DNA from: an uncultured Bacteroides sp.
Lineage (GTDB): Bacteria; Bacteroidota; Bacteroidia; Bacteroidales; Bacteroidaceae
Direction of reading: 5' to 3'
DNA: 64,000 nucleotides
Assembly: GCA_947074275.1 (NCBI GenBank)
Contig: CAMTPA010000001.1
Coordinates: 19,265-83,264 of the forward strand
Shown: in pieces, positions 10,327 through 19,636 of the stretch
Position numbering within the stretch: position 1 is the stretch's first letter
How the letters are laid out: each line of letters opens with the position of its first letter
Notes under the pieces: generated by a model
What the model was told of the DNA's origin: nothing
The model's input: only the letters and a program-made list of their open reading frames with translations
Databases searched by the model: none
Made by a program: the position numbers and the translations under genes

Positions 10327-10405
10327 TAACACATACAAAGGATTTATAGATACAAATAAGAGATTTTTGAGACTCTATTTTTTTTCTTATTACATCAATT
10401 AATTT

Positions 10406-10413
10406 TATATTTG
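10406..10413 (+). promoter_or_regulatory. Bacteroidetes -7 element (TATATTTG) for the HTCS gene
   Basis: Matches TAnnTTTG and overlaps the track's TTG start, which favours ATG 10432 as the real start. Confidence 0.55.
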
Positions 10414-10431
10414 AGCATTAATTTTACTACT

Positions 10432-13400
10432 ATGCTAAAACCACAATCACGTTTCATATTATTACTATTCGCTATTTTACTCGTTTTTCCTTGTTGGGGG
10501 AATATTAATTTTCATCAACTGGACATTAAGTCGGGTATCTCCGACAACTTCATACAAAGCATCGTGAAAGATCAATTTGGATTTATGTGGTTTGCCACAC
10601 ACAATGGTGTGAATCGCTACGACGGCTATCGATTCAAACATTACACCACCATTGAATTGGGTGCATACAACAACGATGTAGAGTGGATTGCCGAAGACGC
10701 TTCGGGCGTTTTGTGGATAAAAACCCCCGTAAACTATTGTTATTACAATCGCGAAGAAGATGAGTTTGTCAACTCTATACACATTCCATTAAAAAACATA
10801 GGCATCAACAATCCTATCGACAAACTATTCATTGATGAGGATAAAAATATTTGGTGCTCTACCAATGACACATTGTATCACTATCAATTCAATAAACAGA
10901 AACTATCTTATTATTCCATACCTCACAACACAGAAATCATACACCTCAGCAGTCGCGATTCACAAAGCTATGTATTGCTTTCCAACAACGTCATAGCCAA
11001 AACCGACCCCAATAGTGGTGTATTGCTTACTGAAACTTATACCAATTGTGCCGATGCTTTTCGCCCAAGACTTCATCTCGACACAACTTTTGCATTGTGG
11101 GTTTACACCTCACAAGACAATTATATCACTACTTATGACACAAAAATGAAACGATGGATTGATTTCCCGGGTTATGAGATGTTCGATAAGAACCAAAATA
11201 TAATAACATCTATAATCGACGATGGAACGGGCAATGTATGGATAGGAACAGATAATCAAGGAATATACATCAGCAATAGTTTGCACAAGAATGTTCAGCA
11301 TTATTTTCGCAAGAAAGATGTGCCATTCACACTTACCAGCAATCACATAAACTGCTTTTTTAAAGATGATAGAGGAGTGATGTGGATTGGAACAAGCAAG
11401 CAAGGGGTAGCGTATACCAACCCCGATAAGAATGCTTTTGACAACCATAAACTATTGTCAAATGAAGATTTAAACTGCCTTATAGAAGATAAAAAAGGCA
11501 ATCTTTGGCTGGGGTATGATGGGGAAGGGATTGAAAAACATTCACTTTACGGAGAGAAAACTTACTATATAAAAGGAAAAAACAATTTACCTTCAAATCT
11601 TATCGTATGCTCTTTTATCGATTCTAAAGAGCGCATTTGGTGGGGTAGTTATGGCGGAGGTGCATTTTATTTCTCTAATGAGACTTTTACTCCTCTTGAA
11701 AGTTTGGTACGCAACGACAATGGTTACAACATACCATTGCACATTCGTCGCATCATCGAAGATAGCAATGGAAGCATTTGGATGGCCACCTACACGCAAG
11801 GACTTTATTGTCTCGACACAAAAGGAAATCTAAACAAATATACAAGAGCCAATTCTCCACTACTTACCGATTACATTGCCGACTTATCTTACACCAGTGG
11901 ACGCGATCTATTTATTGCTACAAGTTCGGGGGTATATCGTATGGATATTATTACCAGAGAAATGGTATATGCCTCGAACACGCGAGACGAGCAACCAATC
12001 ATTCAAGACAACTACGCCAATTGTATTTATCAAGATAGTAGAGGTTTGCTGTGGATAGGTGGCATACGAGGTGTCAACATTTACAACAAAAAAGATGATA
12101 CGCTAACACATCTCACCGAAGCCGAAGGGATTTCTCATCCTTACATCCGAGCTATCATTGAAGACAACAATAAAAATATGTGGATTGCAACAGACCACGG
12201 AATTACACTCGTCTATGTTATCAATGATCCCGATTTAAAAAAAATGAAGTACATCTGCTATCCCTATTTTGAGGCCGATGGTATCGACAACTTTACATTC
12301 AATAACTTTGCCATTACACGCAATAGCTTGAATGAGATATTGATTGGAGGTTCTGGAGGATATTTATCAATCAACCCCGATAAAATTGGATATGCGCACC
12401 AAAAGAAAAGTGTCATCTTCACTGCCTTTTTTCTGGCCAATCAGGTGATGAACGTGAATGACAAAACTCCTGACGGAAGAGTTTTATTAAAACAAAACAT
12501 TCAATTAGCAAAAGAAATGGTTTTAGATTATACCGATCATAATTTTGCGTTAGAAGTATCGGCAATGGATTACGGCAACTTGCATAAATTGGAGTATGCC
12601 TATCGACTGAGTAGCAAAGAGGAATGGATTAGATTAGAAGGAAATCGCATCTACTTCAACAAACTTTCGCCTGGGAAGTATAATTTGGAAGTAAAAGTGA
12701 ATAATCCTTTTCTAAACGACAATGCGCAAATATCACGTTTGACGCTTCATATTACTCCACCGTTTTGGCTATCACTTCCCGGCTATGTGTGTTATGTGAC
12801 TGTGGCTATCGCATTGCTCATCTATACAATATTCCGAGTTCGCATCAAACACAAAACCCAGCTACGAACACAAAAAAATAAAATAGAACTGGATCAACGA
12901 TTAAAAACCGAAGAGGCAAAAATGCGCTTTTTCACCAACGTCAGTCACGACTTACGCACTCCTCTCTCACTTATTATAACTCCACTCGAACACATTCTTA
13001 AAAAAGAAGAAGCCAACACAATGAGAGGTGAACTGGAGTTGGTTCATAGAAACGCAACAATGCTAATGGATGAGGTAAACCAACTACTTGACTTCCGGCA
13101 TCTTGACGAACAAAAAATTCAAATGTCTTACTCATTTGGCAATCTGAGCGAATACATAAAAGAGATTTATACACCATTTCATCAAGTAAGGGCATTGAGT
13201 GGCATTAAGGTTACTCTGGAAATCAACTCACCCATTATCGAGATGAATTTTGACTGCAATAAAATAAAACGAGTTGTGCTCAATTTAATCTCGAATGCTA
13301 TCAAATATAATACGCCCAATGGTACAGTTAAAATCATTGTCGACCGCATCGTCACAAACGAAGGTGAGCAGGCTCGCATTCGTGTTATAGACACAGGTAT

Positions 13401-14442
13401 TGGAGTTCGTCACGAGAATAAAGACAATATATTTGAACGCTTCTTTCAAGAAGAGCATCATACCACCTATGCAGGAAATGGAATTGGGCTAAACATTGCA
13501 AAAGAGTACGTATTGATGCACCAAGGCAGCATATCGGTGACAGACAACAAGCCCTGTGGGTCTGTATTTACAGTATTATTACCTATCATCAGTGTAATCC
13601 CTCCAATAGATATTGATTATGAATCCACAGAAGAGCTACAACCCCTATCTTCTGACACTAAGCAAGACAATAAAGCAAATATTTTGGTGGTAGAGGATAA
13701 CGAAGACTTCAGACAATTCATCGTACATTGCCTTTCGGATTGTTATAACGTTTTTGATGCTCCAAACGGGAAACAAGCTTTGAATGTGCTATTCAAAGAG
13801 AATATACAAATTGTGATTAGCGATGTGATGATGCCTGTAATGGACGGTATGGAGCTATGCAGAAAAATCAAAACTGATATACGAATTTCACATATACCAA
13901 TCGTTTTGCTCACGGCACGCACCACCGAAGAGCATATACTTACGGGGCTAAAAGAGGGTGCAGACGACTACATCACAAAACCCTTCAATACTGATATTCT
14001 ACTTTTACGCATCAAAAAACTACTTGAATGGTCCAGCAACAATCACATCAAATTCAAAACAATAGATGTTTCACCAAGCGAAATCACTGTGAGCAGTCTC
14101 GACGAACAGTTGATTGAAAAAGCAATACAAGTAGTAGAGGACAATATGGATAATTCCAGTTTTTCGGTCGAAGATCTTAGCTCGTTCGTAGGAATGAGCC
14201 GAGGTCATCTTTACAAGAAGTTAATATCCATCACAGGAAAGTCACCAATTGAGTTTATTCGGATTTTACGTATTAAACGCGGCAAGCAATTGCTTGAACA
14301 GAGCCAAATGAATATATCTCAAGTTGCATATCAAATCGGGTTGTCACAAAACCAGTTTACAAAATACTTTAAGGATGAATTTGGTTGCCTACCTTCAAAA
14401 TACTTGAAAGGTAAATCTATCGAAAAAGACAATCAGGATTAA
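10432..14442 (+). CDS. Hybrid two-component system (beta-propeller sensor, Y_Y_Y, TM, HisKA, HATPase, REC, AraC HTH) for PUL 1
   Basis: Repeated 'ED..G.LWIGT..G' propeller units; H-box 'FFTNVSHDLRTPL'; G-box 'GNGIGLNI'; REC 'SDVMMP'; AraC 'SQVAYQIG..QNQFTKYFKDEFG..P'. Divergent from susC. Confidence 0.95.
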   Translation: MLKPQSRFILLLFAILLVFPCWGNINFHQLDIKSGISDNFIQSIVKDQFGFMWFATHNGVNRYDGYRFKHYTTIELGAYNNDVEWIAEDASGVLWIKTPVNYCYYNREEDEFVNSIHIPLKNIGINNPIDKLFIDEDKNIWCSTNDTLYHYQFNKQKLSYYSIPHNTEIIHLSSRDSQSYVLLSNNVIAKTDPNSGVLLTETYTNCADAFRPRLHLDTTFALWVYTSQDNYITTYDTKMKRWIDFPGYEMFDKNQNIITSIIDDGTGNVWIGTDNQGIYISNSLHKNVQHYFRKKDVPFTLTSNHINCFFKDDRGVMWIGTSKQGVAYTNPDKNAFDNHKLLSNEDLNCLIEDKKGNLWLGYDGEGIEKHSLYGEKTYYIKGKNNLPSNLIVCSFIDSKERIWWGSYGGGAFYFSNETFTPLESLVRNDNGYNIPLHIRRIIEDSNGSIWMATYTQGLYCLDTKGNLNKYTRANSPLLTDYIADLSYTSGRDLFIATSSGVYRMDIITREMVYASNTRDEQPIIQDNYANCIYQDSRGLLWIGGIRGVNIYNKKDDTLTHLTEAEGISHPYIRAIIEDNNKNMWIATDHGITLVYVINDPDLKKMKYICYPYFEADGIDNFTFNNFAITRNSLNEILIGGSGGYLSINPDKIGYAHQKKSVIFTAFFLANQVMNVNDKTPDGRVLLKQNIQLAKEMVLDYTDHNFALEVSAMDYGNLHKLEYAYRLSSKEEWIRLEGNRIYFNKLSPGKYNLEVKVNNPFLNDNAQISRLTLHITPPFWLSLPGYVCYVTVAIALLIYTIFRVRIKHKTQLRTQKNKIELDQRLKTEEAKMRFFTNVSHDLRTPLSLIITPLEHILKKEEANTMRGELELVHRNATMLMDEVNQLLDFRHLDEQKIQMSYSFGNLSEYIKEIYTPFHQVRALSGIKVTLEINSPIIEMNFDCNKIKRVVLNLISNAIKYNTPNGTVKIIVDRIVTNEGEQARIRVIDTGIGVRHENKDNIFERFFQEEHHTTYAGNGIGLNIAKEYVLMHQGSISVTDNKPCGSVFTVLLPIISVIPPIDIDYESTEELQPLSSDTKQDNKANILVVEDNEDFRQFIVHCLSDCYNVFDAPNGKQALNVLFKENIQIVISDVMMPVMDGMELCRKIKTDIRISHIPIVLLTARTTEEHILTGLKEGADDYITKPFNTDILLLRIKKLLEWSSNNHIKFKTIDVSPSEITVSSLDEQLIEKAIQVVEDNMDNSSFSVEDLSSFVGMSRGHLYKKLISITGKSPIEFIRILRIKRGKQLLEQSQMNISQVAYQIGLSQNQFTKYFKDEFGCLPSKYLKGKSIEKDNQD

Positions 14443-14468
14443 CTCTTTAAATATTTGATTTACTATGT

Positions 14469-15740
14469 TCACTTTCTATTCCTCAAATATTCATATCCAA
14501 ACCGACAATAAAGGCATTTCTTAGGTTCACAATACGATTTATAAAGCTGAATCAAGGCTTGACTGTCGGCAGCACTACCTACCTCTATACCAGCACTGCC
14601 CCACAAGCGAGTGATGTAATTGTTTTCGGCTTTCAGTTTTTCAAGTAGCTGGGTGGCACGCTCGCAAAGCACTTCGCTGGAACGATGCAACCCGTAGGCA
14701 TATAGAAATGGGATAACTGCATTGATGATGAGAATGTTTTGAGCGGCAGTGCCTAACTTTTTCTCGCGCTGCACCGACGATTTGCCAAACACATAGTGAT
14801 CTCGCCAATAGCTTGAGGTGTTGGTGACAAGCACTTTGTGCAAAGCCTCCACACTGTCCGCTTCGATTATTTTGGAGAAAAGGCTACGACCGTTGCAATA
14901 CCAATAGGCAAGCTGCGCCAATCTGACGTGAGGAAAGTTACCTGGGCGAAGACGAAGAAATTTCCACCGTTCGGCCGTGAGAGTATCGGTGATTGAGTAA
15001 AGATGACGAAGGTATTGGTATTCTTTTTGTAACTTCCGCATATATTCGTCGGTAGGGTCTTTATCGAGCAAGCCTGCCACACCGATAAACAAGGCCTCAA
15101 CTCGCTCCACATCATCTCTTATCTTATCTACTGCACGAAAAGGAATCTTCCCTGCCCAAGCTTCAAAGGCATCGCCATTGAGGCCCACACCAAGATAGCG
15201 AGCGAGGGTTATAAAAAAAGCATCCTCCCAATTTCCGCCACAAACCTCTACCCTACCACGTATGACGGCAGTCTTTTGCTCAAACCGCTCGGACTGGAGT
15301 GCTGTGAGCCACGAATGAACAGTGAGTTTGGAAAGCGATGAGATGATGGAGTAACAGGCAGGCGAGACATCGCCTTTGCTCAGATAACGATAGTTGGCAC
15401 GCACCGCTTGCGGACAATCGAGTAGCATCTGCGGTATCGTTTCGCCGTTGGAACGGAATGTTTGACTATCGCAACAACCCACCACGTGAAGGATTACCGA
15501 GTCGTAGGCTAAATCTTTATCGTGCCCGTGCCGATACCAATCGGATGAGTTGGTGTGAATCTCTACATTGCCCACCCAGAGCGTGTCGCCTATTTTGAGT
15601 TTGGCATTGAAAAAGTCGGGGCCAGCGTGCGTGTTGTGCAGTCCCGAGTCGATAACTTCGACCGTTTGGCCGTTTGTTGTAGTGAGTGTGTGCAAAGGAA
15701 ATATTTTATGCTTCCACACGTAGTGCAGCAGTTGTTCCAT
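14469..15740 (-). CDS. DUF2851 family protein
   Basis: 'MEQLLHYVWKH', 'GPDFFNAK', 'GNVEIH..SSDWYRHGH..D.AYDSVILHVV', C-terminal 'YC..KKCL.CRFG'. Start refined to ATG 15740; a -7 element (CAAATGTA, 15768-15775) lies just upstream. Confidence 0.88.
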   Translation of the reverse strand: MEQLLHYVWKHKIFPLHTLTTTNGQTVEVIDSGLHNTHAGPDFFNAKLKIGDTLWVGNVEIHTNSSDWYRHGHDKDLAYDSVILHVVGCCDSQTFRSNGETIPQMLLDCPQAVRANYRYLSKGDVSPACYSIISSLSKLTVHSWLTALQSERFEQKTAVIRGRVEVCGGNWEDAFFITLARYLGVGLNGDAFEAWAGKIPFRAVDKIRDDVERVEALFIGVAGLLDKDPTDEYMRKLQKEYQYLRHLYSITDTLTAERWKFLRLRPGNFPHVRLAQLAYWYCNGRSLFSKIIEADSVEALHKVLVTNTSSYWRDHYVFGKSSVQREKKLGTAAQNILIINAVIPFLYAYGLHRSSEVLCERATQLLEKLKAENNYITRLWGSAGIEVGSAADSQALIQLYKSYCEPKKCLYCRFGYEYLRNRK

Positions 15741-15827
15741 ATTAAAAGTTGACGTTAATGTGTGCAGCAAATGTAATAAAATTATATATCTTTGCGACTA
15801 ATATTTTGAACATAAGTAAGTAAGGTA

Positions 15828-16556
15828 ATGAAAATAGCATTAATCGGATATGGAAAGATGGGCAAAGAAATCGAAAAGATAGCCCTCAGTCGCGGACATC
15901 AAATCGTTTGTATCATCGACATAGACAATCAAGACGATTTTAACTCAGAAGCATTTCGCTCGGCAGATGTAGCTATCGAGTTTACCAATCCGATGGTGGC
16001 ATATAGCAACTATATACGCACTTTCGATGCAGGTGTGAAGTTGGTTTCGGGCAGCACGGGATGGATGACCGAGCACGGCAACGAGATTAAGCAAATGTGC
16101 GCAGAGGGAGGTAAAACTCTATTTTGGTCGTCTAACTTTAGTTTGGGAGTGACTATTTTTGCAGCAGTCAACAAGTATTTGGCAAAGATTATGAACCAGT
16201 TTCCCGAATACGATGTGACGATGACCGAGTCACACCACATTCACAAGCTCGACGCACCAAGTGGCACAGCCATTACGCTTGCCGAAGGGGTATTGGAAAA
16301 CATCGACCGCAAAAGCTCATGGGTAAAAGAGGAGGCCAACGCCGCCAATCAGCTTCCCATCCACTCCATTCGCGAAGGAGAGATTTTTGGTATTCATACC
16401 ATCCGCTACGAATCGGATGTAGACAGCATCTCCATCACCCACGATGCGAAAAATCGCAGTGGTTTTGCGTTGGGAGCCGTGATTGCAGCCGAATTTACCG
16501 CCACACACGAAGGCTATTTGGGAATGGACGACCTGTTCCCTTTCTTGAAAGCATAA
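15828..16556 (+). CDS. dapB: 4-hydroxy-tetrahydrodipicolinate reductase
   Basis: 'MKIALIGYGKMG', 'GSTGW', 'ESHHIHKLDAPSGTA', 'HDAKNRSGFALGA'; -7 element TATCTTTG at 15787-15794. Confidence 0.96.
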   Translation: MKIALIGYGKMGKEIEKIALSRGHQIVCIIDIDNQDDFNSEAFRSADVAIEFTNPMVAYSNYIRTFDAGVKLVSGSTGWMTEHGNEIKQMCAEGGKTLFWSSNFSLGVTIFAAVNKYLAKIMNQFPEYDVTMTESHHIHKLDAPSGTAITLAEGVLENIDRKSSWVKEEANAANQLPIHSIREGEIFGIHTIRYESDVDSISITHDAKNRSGFALGAVIAAEFTATHEGYLGMDDLFPFLKA

Positions 16557-16586
16557 CATCTATATCAAAAAGACATTCTATAAATT

Positions 16587-18014
16587 ATGAGAAAAGCAAC
16601 ACGTTCACAGTGGATTAAATGTTCTATCGCCCTTGTTCTTTATTTGGCCTTTTTGTTTTGGGTGAAAAGCTGGTGGGGACTTTTAGTAGTTCCTTTCATC
16701 TTCGATGTATATATCACAAAGAAGATACCTTGGGCTTTTTGGAAAGACAGCAAAAGCCCGATGGTGCGCACTGTGATGAGCTGGGTAGATGCCATTGTAT
16801 TCGCCTTGGTAGCAGTCTACTTTGTGAACATATTTGTGTTTCAAAACTATCAAATACCCTCCTCTTCATTAGAGAAATCATTGCTTGTAGGCGATTTCTT
16901 GTTTGTGAGCAAGATGAGCTACGGGCCTCGTGTGCCCAACACACCATTGTCGATGCCTCTTACACAACACACAATGCCTATCACCAATACCAAATCGTAT
17001 ATCGAATGGCCCAAGTGGGAGTATAAACGTGTGCCCGGCTTTGGCAAAGTGAAGATGAACGACATCGTGGTATTCAACTTCCCAGCAGGCGACACGGTTT
17101 CGACAGCTTATCAGCAGACCGATTTCTTTGAGAATATGGCATACAACAAAGGTCGCCAACTCTACCCCAACCGCGTGAATATGGACAGCCTAACAAGAGA
17201 GCAACAATACATTGTGTACGACCTCTACTACAAAGCAGGCAGCGAGTATATAAAGAAACATCCCGAAATGTATGGCGAAATTATCTCGCGCCCAGTAGAC
17301 CGTAGAGAAAACTACGTGAAACGTGCGGTGGGATTGCCAGGAGATACGTTCCAAATTATCAATCGAGCTATTTACATTGATGGAGAAAAACAAGAAGATC
17401 CAGAGGATATTCAGTTCTTTTACAAAGTATATGGAACGGGAAACCCCATCCCTACACAATATTTTCAAGATGAGTTGGGACTTAGCTTTGAAGACTTGCA
17501 GGGTTATGAGCCGGGAGCAACGTTGTTTGCATTGCCACTCACCAAGGCTGCTCGCGAAAAACTACTGAGCAGAAAAGAGTTCGTAACCGCTATCGAGCCT
17601 ATTGACATAGAGCCTTCTCACGATCTTTATCCACAAAACCTATATACCGACTGGACAGTAGACAACTACGGCCCAATATGGATACCAGCCAAAGGTGAAA
17701 CGATAGAACTTACACTCGAAAACCTGCCACTTTATGAACGTTGCATCGTGGCCTACGAAGGCAACAAGCTGGAGGTGAAGAATGGAGAGATATACATCAA
17801 CGGAGAGAAAACAAACCAATACACCTTCGGAATGGACTATTATTGGATGATGGGAGACAATCGTCACAACTCGCAAGATTCGCGTTATTGGGGCTTTGTG
17901 CCCGAAGATCACGTAGTGGGAAAACCACTTGTGGTGTGGCTCTCGCTCGACAAAGACCGCAATTGGCTCAACGGCAAGATTCGTTGGAATCGTCTATTCA
18001 AATGGGTAGGATAA
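16587..18014 (+). CDS. lepB: Signal peptidase I (S26), catalytically intact
   Basis: Box B 'IPSSSLEK' (catalytic Ser codon 16866-16868), box D 'YVKRAVGLPGD' (Lys codon 17319-17321), box E 'MMGDNRHNSQDSRYWGFVP'. Confidence 0.95.
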   Translation: MRKATRSQWIKCSIALVLYLAFLFWVKSWWGLLVVPFIFDVYITKKIPWAFWKDSKSPMVRTVMSWVDAIVFALVAVYFVNIFVFQNYQIPSSSLEKSLLVGDFLFVSKMSYGPRVPNTPLSMPLTQHTMPITNTKSYIEWPKWEYKRVPGFGKVKMNDIVVFNFPAGDTVSTAYQQTDFFENMAYNKGRQLYPNRVNMDSLTREQQYIVYDLYYKAGSEYIKKHPEMYGEIISRPVDRRENYVKRAVGLPGDTFQIINRAIYIDGEKQEDPEDIQFFYKVYGTGNPIPTQYFQDELGLSFEDLQGYEPGATLFALPLTKAAREKLLSRKEFVTAIEPIDIEPSHDLYPQNLYTDWTVDNYGPIWIPAKGETIELTLENLPLYERCIVAYEGNKLEVKNGEIYINGEKTNQYTFGMDYYWMMGDNRHNSQDSRYWGFVPEDHVVGKPLVVWLSLDKDRNWLNGKIRWNRLFKWVG

Positions 18015-18020
18015 AAGTAG

Positions 18021-18953
18021 ATGAAAAAAGGACTTAAATGGATTATAGCATTCATCGGAGCAGCATTATTCGTTTTGCTGCTTCGATGTTTTGCGTTTAC
18101 GTCCTACTACATCCCAGCCAACGGAATGGAAACATCCCTGCATTGTGGCGACCGCATCTTAGTGAATAAATGGAGCTACGGGCTACGTTCTCCGCTACTG
18201 TCTCTACTACCCTATCATCGTTGGAGCGAAAAGCCTGTGAGCAAGGAAGACATTGTGGTGTTCAACAACCCAGCCAACACACAAGCTGCCATCGACAATA
18301 AGGAGGTATTCATTAGCCGTTGCATCGGATTGCCTGGCGATACTTTGATTGTGGACTCAGTGTTTACCCTTGTTTCTCCCAATGTGACTCGTCGGTTTGA
18401 TAAGGCCTATTATTTTACTTATCCCAACGAAAAAGAGATTGAGTTGGATTCGTTGCTCAACACCTACTCCATGACGGCAGACACAATCATAGAAATAGAC
18501 TCGGCACTACAAGCACGCTTGCTACCTTGGCACATCTATCACAATTTAGAGCTGAATATGGGCAAAGAGAGCTGGTTGCAACCATTGAGCCACGATGCTC
18601 CATCTGCTATTCATCCGTTGATAGTGCCCGGAAAAGGAAACACGCTCAAAGTATATCCGTGGAATCGTACTCTATTGATGAATACCCTTGTGCTGCACGA
18701 AGAACGAGATGCTATAATCAAAAACAATACGCTTTATGTAGACAATGAGCCGGTGGACAGTGTTACTTTCACGAAAGATTATTATTGGATGACCTCCAAC
18801 AACACCATCAATACTTCCGATTCACGTCTGTTTGGTTTTGTTCCACACGATCATTTGGTGGGTAAGGCTACCTCCATTTGGTTTTCAAAAGAGCCCAACA
18901 CAGGAGTGCTTAGTGGCTATCGTTGGAATCGTTTCTTCACATCTGTGGAGTAG
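18021..18953 (+). CDS. S26 signal-peptidase-like paralogue lacking both catalytic residues
   Basis: S26 motifs are present ('GDRILVNKWSYG', 'IVVFNNP', 'GLPGDT', 'SDSRLFGFVP'), but box B reads IPANGME (Ser to Gly) and box D reads FISRCIG (Lys to Ser). Confidence 0.85.
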   Translation: MKKGLKWIIAFIGAALFVLLLRCFAFTSYYIPANGMETSLHCGDRILVNKWSYGLRSPLLSLLPYHRWSEKPVSKEDIVVFNNPANTQAAIDNKEVFISRCIGLPGDTLIVDSVFTLVSPNVTRRFDKAYYFTYPNEKEIELDSLLNTYSMTADTIIEIDSALQARLLPWHIYHNLELNMGKESWLQPLSHDAPSAIHPLIVPGKGNTLKVYPWNRTLLMNTLVLHEERDAIIKNNTLYVDNEPVDSVTFTKDYYWMTSNNTINTSDSRLFGFVPHDHLVGKATSIWFSKEPNTGVLSGYRWNRFFTSVE

Positions 18954-18988
18954 TTTCTCGCTTTTATTTTTTATCAATCTCTGTTGTT

Positions 18989-19636
18989 ATGCAAACTGCT
19001 TATCTCTCTTCTGCTTATTTAGCACCTGTTTCTTATTACGCCAAACTGATGGCTTACGACAACGTGGTTATCGAACAGTACGACCATTACACGAAACAGA
19101 CCTATCGCAACCGTTGCACCATCGCTTCACCCAATGGCGAGATAGCCCTAACTATCCCTACCGTGAAACCCGACAATGCCAAATGTCCGATGAAAGACAT
19201 ACGCATATCCGATCACGGCAACTGGCGACACCTGCATTGGAACGCAATGACTTCGGCTTACAATAGCAGTCCGTTTTTTGAATATTACGAAGATGATTTT
19301 CGCCCTTTCTACGATAAGAAATTTGAGTTTTTATTCGATTTCAACGAAGAACTACGACAATTGGTTTGTAGCCTCATCGACATAGAAACACAGGTTTCAT
19401 TTACCGAAGCTTACAAAACAGACTTTACGGCAGACGAGCACGATTTTCGAGAAATCATTCACCCAAAGAAAGATTTCACCATCGTCGACCCCACGTTTAT
19501 CCCAACCTCTTACTATCAGGTATTTGCTACTAAAAATGGCTTCCAACCCAACGCAAGCATTGTAGACCTATTATTCAATATGGGTCCTGAAAGCCTGTTG
19601 ATACTCGAAAAGTGTTTCGATACTCCTTTGGGGTAA
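18989..19636 (+). CDS. WbqC family protein
   Basis: 'EQYDHYTKQTYRNRC.I', 'LTIP', 'W..LHW.A..SAY.SSPFFEYY', 'SIVDLLFNMGPES'. Start refined to ATG 18989. Confidence 0.88.
   Translation: MQTAYLSSAYLAPVSYYAKLMAYDNVVIEQYDHYTKQTYRNRCTIASPNGEIALTIPTVKPDNAKCPMKDIRISDHGNWRHLHWNAMTSAYNSSPFFEYYEDDFRPFYDKKFEFLFDFNEELRQLVCSLIDIETQVSFTEAYKTDFTADEHDFREIIHPKKDFTIVDPTFIPTSYYQVFATKNGFQPNASIVDLLFNMGPESLLILEKCFDTPLG

Noticed and set aside
17627-17635. DnaA box TTATCCACA as evidence of oriC
   Set aside because: A single copy inside lepB coding sequence; no intergenic DnaA-box cluster or unwinding element was seen.
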